Source of the DNA: Mayamaea pseudoterrestris
Lineage: Eukaryota
DNA length: 20,000 nucleotides
Assembly: GCA_027923505.1 (NCBI GenBank)
Contig: BROI01000010.1
Span: 1,047,528-1,067,527, forward strand
Reading direction: 5' to 3'
Position 1 is the first letter of the stretch. Every line of letters begins with the position of its first letter. The notes beneath the pieces were generated by a model. The model was given only the letters and a program-made list of their open reading frames with translations, searched no databases and had not been told where the DNA came from. A program made the translations under genes and the position numbers. Shown one piece after another: positions 1 to 7,800 of this stretch.

Positions 1-205
1 CGCCATTTTATGCAGGTTGCCTTCCAACGAGGGAGAACCATGGCATTTGCATGCTCGAAGACGAGGCCCAGCTCGAGTCCAACCAAGAAACCGTGCTCAG
101 CAGCATCATCGCAATGGTTGAAACCATGGACAGTGCCCACGCCCAAGTCCACACCAAGCGCAGCGCCATCGCCAGCGTCCTCGCCAAGGCCCAGACCAAA
201 GCCAA

Positions 206-2256
206 GTGCCGCGCCGTCGCCCAGCTCGCGACCAACCATGGCGCCCTCGGACTGCCCACGCAGTTGCCGTTGCTCCGCCCTTGGTCATTAATGCTCGCGC
301 TGAGGCTCTCCGTTCAACCTTTCGACAAGCTCAAGCTGCCAATCAAGTTAATGAGGCTTACGAGAATATGATCAGTGACCGCCTTCGCGCCCAAGAGGAA
401 GATTGGAACGCATGGCTAAATGATACGCTTCTTTATCAATATGAAGAGCGCCATCGGATTCGCAATCGAGACTGGCGTAATGATCACTGGCGTAATGATC
501 CATTGATTACAACGCCTGATGGAGTCACCTACTTCAGTATAGCTCACGCAGATCGGGAGCGGCAAGCCCGTCGGCGTCAACCGTTCCGCTTTAAAACTGA
601 CAAGGCGCCAACGCCTTTGCCTCCACCAGTGCCGCAAGCTTCAATTCAAGCAATTGATCCAATGCCACAAGAGGTGTTTGCGTCTGTTGTGTTTGGGGAT
701 TTTTCAGATTTCGACAATTTTGGAGAAGCCTACCAAGCGTCCCACTTGGAATCTGCCCAGCCGAATATACCAACATTGAGCCAATCTCTCTTTAACAATA
801 AATATCGCAAGTCCCCGCCAGCACCACCGTGCAAGGAGAAGGACAAGATGCTGCCAGTAATCTGGGATTCAGGAGCAAGCATCTCCATTTCGCCAAGCCG
901 CGACGACTTTGTTGGCCCCATTCAGCCAGCGCCAAGTGTTCGTTTGAATGGTCTCTTCAAAGATGGTCGAGTTAAAGGCAAAGGGTTTGTCGCCTGGAGC
1001 TTTCTAGACAATGGAGGCATGCTTCGCACAGTAAAGGTTCCAGCATACTGGATCCCTGAGGCCAAAGTGCGTCTCTTGAGTATGCCAGGGTTGCTGCAGC
1101 AGTATCCAAATGAAGTTATATATGCCGATCGCCGAGCTATCTACTTGAGCGGTTCTGTGGAGCGAGTCCACAAGGATGGCTCTATAACGAATGATGGTGT
1201 TGAGGCTCCAATTGATCCTCTTACCAACTTGCCGACTGCTATCGCATACGATCTCAGTGGCATGCCAAGTTCTTACAGTGCTGGCGAGGCGCCTTTGCCT
1301 CCGCCTGGTCCTGGTCCTGGTCCAGCTCCTGCTCAGCAGCCGCCGCGCGGTCCACCGCCAGCCGATGGTCCTCCAAGTGATGGAGGAGCAAGCGCGCCCA
1401 CCAGACGCCCTTGCCGTGAGCCAAGACCACCGCCAAGCCAAAGCTCCTCCGTCGCCAGCTCGAATACCAACTTGTCTGAGGCTGAAAAGGAATTGCTCCG
1501 TTGGCATTTCCGTCTTGGTCATTTGAACTTTAAAACCATTCAGTTTCTAATGCGTGGTGGAACGCTTGCTAACTCTGAGTCGGCGCGCCGTCTCCATAGA
1601 GCTTGCGCAACTTTGCAGCCGTGTCCCAAGTGCACTGCCTGCATGTACGCCAAGCAGCGAGTGCGTTCCTCTCCTGGTCAAACAACCAAAGTTGTTAAAG
1701 ACCGAGTTGATGCTTTGCGCCGAGACAATCTTCTCCCAGGCCAGCGCATCTCCGTTGATCACTTTGTTTGCTCTACAAAAGGACGCCTTTTCTCCTCGCG
1801 TGGCAAGACAAAGGAAACTGCCATGAACACTGGCGGTTGTGTGTTTGTTGATCATGCATCCGGCTACGTTCATCTTGAGCTGCAACAGCATTTAAATACG
1901 GATGATACATTAAGATCTAAAGAAGCTTTCGAGTTGTTCTGCCGTGATGTTGGAGTCATTCCCCTCAAGTATCTCTCCGACAATGGTGGTGCCTTTACGT
2001 CACAAGGCTTCTCCAAGCATCTTACAACTTTCCATCAAGTCAGTGCGCTTGCTGGAGTCGGTGCTCACCATCATAATGGGATTGCCGAGCGTTGCATACA
2101 GACCATTATGTCTATTTCGCGCGCCATGTTGATGCATGCTAAGATCCATTGGCCCGATGTCGCCGATGTTTCACTTTGGCCCATGGTCACCAAGCATGCC
2201 GTGTATCTTTGGAACAAGGTCCCTAATCTTCAGAGCGGCCTTTCTCCCCAAGATAT
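206..2256 (+). pseudogene. pol: Copia pol, N-terminal part: aspartic protease, GAG-pre-integrase/HHCC and integrase catalytic core; frame disrupted at ~2256
   Basis: Protease motif VIWDSGAS (D codon 866-868). ELLRWHFRLGH...CPKCTAC zinc-binding region (~1490-1642). Integrase DDE: SVDHF (~1757), YLSDNGGAF (D 1979-1981), NGIAER (E 2087-2089). The start at 206 is only the ORF caller's GTG; the frame is open back to a TGA at 119-121. Confidence 0.9.
471..500 (+). repeat. Perfect 15-bp in-frame tandem duplication (ACTGGCGTAATGATC x2)
   Basis: 471-485 = 486-500; encodes WRNDH/WRNDP. Confidence 0.9.
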
Positions 2257-4617
2257 CACGTTTGGGGGTCTCCAGTATATGTCCTTGATAAAACGATATC
2301 GGACGGCCACAAGTTGCCCCGTTGGCAGCCGCGGTCCCATCGCTGCATCTTTGTTGGAATGAGTGAAGCCCATGCTAGCTCCGTTCCTTTGGTTTTAAAT
2401 CCGCACTCGGGCGCCATTACGCCGCAGTTTCACGTCGTCTTTGATGACTGGTTTGCCACTGTGGCTGTAACTGAGTCGCAAATGCCGGATTTTGCCTCCA
2501 CTGAGTGGTATAATCTCTTTGGAAACACGTCTCTTCAATATATCCCATTGGATGATGAAGACGAAGCCATAGCTACTGCTGAATTCGAGGCTGAGCCTGC
2601 CGTCTCCACTCGAGCGGATGCCGTTCGGGATGCTTTTGAGCGCCATGCTCCTCCTCGAGATTTGCAAGTCCCTCCTCCTGCTGAGTTGCCAGCGCCGCCT
2701 TCGTCGGCACCAAGCCAAGAGCCCGCCCAAGCGAGGGAGCCCGAGTCTCCGAGGGAGCTTCCAATTGAAGTGCAAGACGAATCTTCGCCTCCGAGGGAGC
2801 TGCCGGCTGATCCATCGCCATCTTCGGTCTCCAACAATGAGTCTCCGAGGGAGAATCCTACGGCTCCAACAGCTACGCCAAGTACTCGCCGTTCCAGTCG
2901 TGCCTCTAAGAAGCCATCCCGCCTCTCTTACGACGCCTCCGGAGCCCAAATCGAGTCAGTTTGTGACGCCAGTTTCGTCTCCTACTTTGCTGCTTTTAAT
3001 ATTGCTGCTCCAGCCCTCTACAAGGCTGCCGCATCGGATCCAGATACTTTAACTTGGGATCAAGCCATGGCTGATCATGCTCATGTAAAGCATTGGCAAG
3101 CTGCCGCCGAGAAGGAGATTCAATCGTTGGAGTCCAAAGGAACATGGACTGAAGTCCCCAAGTCGGAAGCCAAGACCAAAATTCTTCCAGGTACTTGGGT
3201 GTTTCGCCGTAAGCGCTCCCCAGATGGGACAATTAAGAAGTACAAAGCTCGCTACTGCGTTCGAGGTGATCTGCAAGAAGGCGACTTTGAAACGTACGCA
3301 CCAGTTGTGGCATGGTCGACCATCCGATTGATGTTGATTCTAGCCCTTAACCTTAACTGGTATGCTTGCTCCACGGATTTTGCCAGTGCATTTGTCCAAG
3401 CCGAGCTCCATGACCCAGTATGGATCCATCTCCCTCGCGGTTTTCACACGAGTAAAGGCTCCGGCATGTATTTGCGCCTCCTAAAGAGTCTTTACGGATT
3501 GACTGTAGCCCCTCGGCTATGGTTTGAGCATTTGAAGGCAGCCCTTATCAAGCTCGGTCTGAAACAAAGCTACTTTGATCCTTGTTTGTTCTATGGAAAG
3601 AACTTGGTGATGTGTTGCTTTGTGGACGATTCCATCTTTGTCGCTAAGACATCCAAGCTTGTCGATGCCTTCATTGAAAAGCTTCGCGCTCTCGGTTTTG
3701 AGCTTACCAAGGAAGACACCCTGTGTGAATACCTTGGAATTAAAATGGAGCGCGACGACAAGGCAGGTACCATTACCTTGACCCAGCCAGGATTGATTGA
3801 CAAGATTGTTGCTTCTGCAAATATGACTAATTGCAATCCAACTTTGACACCAACAAGTCTCTTGGCCCTCGGCTCGGATCCCCATGGTCCAGGCATGAAA
3901 GAAACTTGGGGCTACTCGTCCATTGTCGGGATGCTCCTTTACTTGTCAATCAATACTCGCCCCGACATCGCATACGCTGTCAGTCAAGCTGCTCGGTTCA
4001 ATGCTGCTCCAAAGCAGTCTCATGCCGCTGCAGTAAAAATGATTGTACGCTACCTCAAAGGCACGCGCAATCATGGTACAGTTATCAAGCCAACGGGAAC
4101 TCTCGCCTTAGATCTCTACGTTGATGCTGATTTTGCCGGTCTCCATCGACGGGAACCAGATGAATTGCCAGTCTCAGTTCGATCCCGCACTGGGTACATC
4201 ATCTTGCTGTCTGGTTGTCCGTTAGTGTGGAAATCCCAGTTGCAGACGGAGATTTCGCTCTCGACCCTTGAAGCCGAGTACAGCGCTCTCTCCTTTGCCC
4301 TCAAGACTTTGCTTCCTTTAAAGCGAATTCTATCCGAGGTGATTGCCGTTCTAGATGTGCCATCTCCTCTCAAGACTTCCATCAAGGCTCGCGTCTTTGA
4401 AGACAATCAAGGCGCCTACTATTTAGCCATCAACCACAAGTTGACAAACCGCACTAAGTACTTTCTGGTCAAGTTCCATTGGTTCTGGAGCCATTACAAG
4501 CGCGGTGAATTTGAAGTCCTTAAGGTCGACACGACCAACCAGTTAGCAGACTATCTGACAAAGGGCCTCCCACGTGATTCCTTCATCAAGAATCGCTTAG
4601 CTGTCCAGCGCAATTAA
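2257..4617 (+). CDS. pol: Copia pol, C-terminal part: integrase C-terminus, Pro/Ser/Glu linker, reverse transcriptase (RVT_2 type) and RNase H
   Basis: From 2257 the frame reads HVWGSPVYVLDK...KLPRWQPRSHRCIFVG...PQFHVVFDDWF. RT motifs: WVFRRKR, KYKARYCVRGDLQ, STDFASAFVQ (D 3376-3378), LLKSLYGL, FVDD (3619-3630), YSSIVGMLLYL, TRPDIAYAV. RNase H motifs: YVDADFAG, SRTGY, SLSTLEAEY, FEDNQGA, QLADYLTK. Stop TAA at 4615-4617. Confidence 0.95.
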   Translation, partial: HVWGSPVYVLDKTISDGHKLPRWQPRSHRCIFVGMSEAHASSVPLVLNPHSGAITPQFHVVFDDWFATVAVTESQMPDFASTEWYNLFGNTSLQYIPLDDEDEAIATAEFEAEPAVSTRADAVRDAFERHAPPRDLQVPPPAELPAPPSSAPSQEPAQAREPESPRELPIEVQDESSPPRELPADPSPSSVSNNESPRENPTAPTATPSTRRSSRASKKPSRLSYDASGAQIESVCDASFVSYFAAFNIAAPALYKAAASDPDTLTWDQAMADHAHVKHWQAAAEKEIQSLESKGTWTEVPKSEAKTKILPGTWVFRRKRSPDGTIKKYKARYCVRGDLQEGDFETYAPVVAWSTIRLMLILALNLNWYACSTDFASAFVQAELHDPVWIHLPRGFHTSKGSGMYLRLLKSLYGLTVAPRLWFEHLKAALIKLGLKQSYFDPCLFYGKNLVMCCFVDDSIFVAKTSKLVDAFIEKLRALGFELTKEDTLCEYLGIKMERDDKAGTITLTQPGLIDKIVASANMTNCNPTLTPTSLLALGSDPHGPGMKETWGYSSIVGMLLYLSINTRPDIAYAVSQAARFNAAPKQSHAAAVKMIVRYLKGTRNHGTVIKPTGTLALDLYVDADFAGLHRREPDELPVSVRSRTGYIILLSGCPLVWKSQLQTEISLSTLEAEYSALSFALKTLLPLKRILSEVIAVLDVPSPLKTSIKARVFEDNQGAYYLAINHKLTNRTKYFLVKFHWFWSHYKRGEFEVLKVDTTNQLADYLTKGLPRDSFIKNRLAVQRN
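2730..2854 (+). repeat. Four copies of CGAGGGAG (PPT core) in the IN-RT linker
   Basis: Copies at 2732-2739, 2750-2757, 2792-2799 and 2846-2853; identical to 4633-4640. Confidence 0.85.
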
Positions 4618-4630
4618 CCCAGCACGAGAT

Positions 4631-4642
4631 AGCGAGGGAGAG
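4631..4642 (+). promoter_or_regulatory. Polypurine tract (plus-strand primer) of the copia element
   Basis: AGCGAGGGAGAG lies 14 nt downstream of the pol stop, the expected position just before the 3' LTR. Confidence 0.75.
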
Positions 4643-4813
4643 TCGCAGTTGAAGGTGTATCACTTCCTACCGAGGTGCAACAACGCCCCAACGGGTCGTG
4701 GGCCAACCGTGATGCCCACATGGCGAGGCAGTAATAACCTCAGTTAATACCCGCCTTCGTCAATGAGTTGCAGTGCCCTTGTGAATAACAGTCCAGGGTA
4801 GAAGCATTGCATC
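4641..4813 (+). repeat. Putative (partial) 3' LTR or element-satellite junction segment
   Basis: Position immediately after the PPT. There is no canonical TG start, no 5' LTR in the window to compare, and no identifiable TSD. It shows patchy similarity to the satellite monomer. Confidence 0.4.
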
Positions 4814-7800
4814 GGTATGCCATTGACAGGTGCAGAGTCTCAAATGGTGCAAAAAGGACTGCCTGGAGGCTGCCATCATGGGTACGGCCTCCACTGGGGG
4901 TATGTCCAACACCACAAGTTGCAGATTCATCCCTGTCAAACGCCCCATGCCCTGGCCACCCAAATACCCAATGAGTCAGGCAAAACATGTCCAGGGTATG
5001 CCATTGACAGGTGCATAGTCTCAAATGGTGCAAAAAGGACTGCCTGGAGGCTGACAACATGGGTACGGCCTCCACTGTGGGTATGGCCAACACCACAAGT
5101 TGCAGATTCTTCCCTGTCAAACGCCCCATGCCCTGGCCACCCAAATACCCAATGAGTCAGGCAAAACATGTCCAGAGTATGCCATTGACAGGTGCAGAGT
5201 CACAAAAGGTGCAAAAAATACTGCCTGGAGGCTGATACCATGGGTACGGCCTCCACTGTGGGTATGGCCAACACCACAAGTTGCAGATTCTTCCCTGTCA
5301 AACGCCCCATGCCCTGGCCACCCAAATACCCAATGAGTCAGGCAAAACATGTCCAGGGTATGCCATTGACAGGTGCAGAGTCTCAAATGGTGCAAAAAGG
5401 ACTGCCTGGAGGCTGCCAACATGGGTACGGCCTCCACGGTGGGTATGGCCAACACCACAAGTTGCAGATTCTTCCCTGTCAAACGCCCCATGCCCTGGCC
5501 ACCCAAATACCCAATGAGTCAGGCAAAACATGTCCAGGGTATGCCATTGACAGGTGCAGAGTCTCAAATGGTGCAAAAAGGACTGCCTGGAGGCTGACAC
5601 CATGGGTACGGCCTCCACTGGGGGTATGGCCAACACCACAAGTTGCAGATTCTTCCCTGTCAAACGCCCCATGCCCTGGCCACCTAAATACCCAATGAGT
5701 CAGGCAAAACATGTCCAGGGTATGCTATTGACAGGTGCAGAGTCTCAAATGGTGCAAAAAGGACTGCCTGGAGGCTGACACCATGGGTACGGACTCCACT
5801 GTGGGTATGGCCAACACCACAAGTTACAGATTCTTCCCTGTCAAATGCCCCATGCCCTGGCCACCCAAATACCCAATCAGTCAGGCAAAACATGTCCAAG
5901 GTATGCCATTGACAGGTGCATAGTCTCAAATGGTGCAAAAAGGACTGCCTGGAGGCTGACAACATGGGTACGGCCTCCACTGTGGGTATGGCCAACAACA
6001 CAAGTTGCAGATTCTTCCCTGTCAAATGCCCCATGCCCTGGCCACCCAAATGCCCAATGAGTCAGGCAAAAGATGTCCAGGGAAGGCCATTGACAGGTGC
6101 AGAGTCTCAAATGGTGCAAAAAGGACTGCCTGGAGGCTGACAACATGGGTACGGCCTCCACTGTGGGTATGGCCAACAACACAAGTTGCAGATTCTTCCC
6201 TGTCAAATGCCCCATGCCCTGGCGACCCAAATGCCCAATGAGTCAGGCAAAAGATGTCCAGGGAAGGCCATTGACAGGTGCAGAGTCTCAAATGGTGCAA
6301 AAAGGATTGCCTGGAGGCTGACAACATGGGTACGGCCTCCACTGTGGGTATGGCCAACAACACAAGTTGCAGATTCTTCCCTGTCAAATGCCCCATGCCC
6401 TGGCGACCCAAATGCCTCAGGCAAAAGATGTCCAGGGAAGGCCATTGACAGGTGCAGAGTCTCAAATGGTGCAAAAAGGATTGCCTGGAGGCTGACACCA
6501 TGCGTATGGCCTCCACTGTGGGTATGGCCAACACCACAAGTTGCAGATTCTTCCCTGTCAAACGTCCCATGCCCTGGCCACCCAAATACCCAATGAGTCA
6601 GACAAAACGTGTCCAGGGTATGTCATTGACAGGTGCAGAGTCTCAAATGGTGCAAAAAGGACTGCCTGGAGGCTGACACCATGGGTACGGCCTCCACGGT
6701 GGGTATGGCCAACACCACAAGTTGTCGATTCTGACCTGTCAAACGCCTCATGCCCTGGCCACCCAAATACCCAATGAGTCAGGCAAAACATGTCCAGGGT
6801 ATGCCATTGACAGGTGCAGAGTCTCAAATGGTGCAAAAAGGACTGCCTGGAGGTGGAGGCTGACACCATGGGTACGGCCTCCACTGTGGGTATGGCCAAC
6901 ACCACAAGTTGCAGATTCTTCCCTGTCAAACGCCCCATGCCCTGGCCACCCAAATACCCAATGAGTCAGGCAAAACATGTCCAGGGTATGCCATTGACAG
7001 GTGCAGAGTCTCAAATGGTGCAAAAAGGACTGCCTGGAGGCTGACACCATGGGTACGGCCTCCACGGTGGGTATGGCCAACACCACAAGTTGTCGATTCT
7101 TACCTGTCAAACGCCCCATGCCCTGGCCAGCCAAATACCCAATGAGTCAGGCCAAACATGTCCAGGGTATGCCATTGACAGGTGCAGAGTCTCAAATGGT
7201 GCAAAAAGGACTGCCTGGAGGCTGACACCATGGGTACGGCATCCACGGTGGGTATGGCCAACACCACAAGTTGTCGATTCTTACCTGTCAAACGCCCCAT
7301 GCCCTGGCCACCCAAATACCCAATGAGTCAGGCCAAACATGTCCAGGGTATGCCATTGACAGGTGCGGAGTCTCAAATGGTGCAAAAAGGACTGCCTGGA
7401 GGCTGACACCATGGGTACGGCCTCCACGGTGGGTATGGCCAACACCACAAGTTGTCAATTCTGACCTGTCAAACGCCCCATGCCCTGGCCACCCAAATAC
7501 CCAATGAGTCAGGCCAAACATGTCCAGGGTATGCCATTGACAGGTGCAGAGTCTCAAATGGTGCAAAAAGGACTGCCTGGAGGCTGACACCATGGGTACG
7601 GCCTCCACGGTGGGTATGGCCAACACCACAAGTTGTCGATTCTGACCTGTCAAACGCCCCATGCCCTGGCCACCCAAATACCCAATGAGTCAGGCAAAAC
7701 ATGTCCAGGGTATGCCATTGACAGGTGCATAGTCTCAAATGGTGCAAAAAGGACTGCCTGGAGGCTGACACCATGGGTACGGCCTCCACGGTGGGTATGG

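Larger units (their letters stand above)
1..4813 (+). mobile_element. Ty1/copia LTR retrotransposon, cut by the window edge at its 5' end (5' LTR, PBS and gag core not visible); probably defective; resembles diatom CoDi-type elements
   Basis: Copia domain order PR-IN-RT-RH across ORFs 206..2362 and 2314..4617, with a purine tract just after the stop. The 3' boundary is taken as the start of the clean satellite at 4814. Lineage assignment is from recalled motif similarity only. Confidence 0.95.

Noticed and set aside
2257..2362. Programmed ribosomal frameshift between the two pol ORFs
   Set aside because: The break lies within integrase, there is no slippery site, and residues appear to be missing, so a deletion is the simpler explanation.
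1004..4406. Antisense and alternative-frame ORFs over pol (e.g. 1004-1522, 2395-2949)
   Set aside because: Shadow ORFs of GC-rich coding sequence with no recognisable motifs.
4823..4828. TTGACA (sigma70 -35-like) on both strands of each monomer
   Set aside because: There is no matching -10 box, the context is eukaryotic, and it is explained by the inverted repeat.
4972..4978. TGAGTCA AP-1/GCN4-type bZIP site in each monomer
   Set aside because: A single 7-mer multiplied by array amplification; there is no independent evidence of function.
4814..4994. Monomer as a 5S rRNA, tRNA/SINE, snRNA or spliced-leader gene array
   Set aside because: No convincing A/B boxes, cloverleaf, 5S signature or Sm site was recognised on either strand; an Rfam search would settle it.
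6848..6860. 6-bp duplication tggaggtggagg (and a 7-bp insertion near 9775-9787)
   Set aside because: Ordinary single-copy slippage events.
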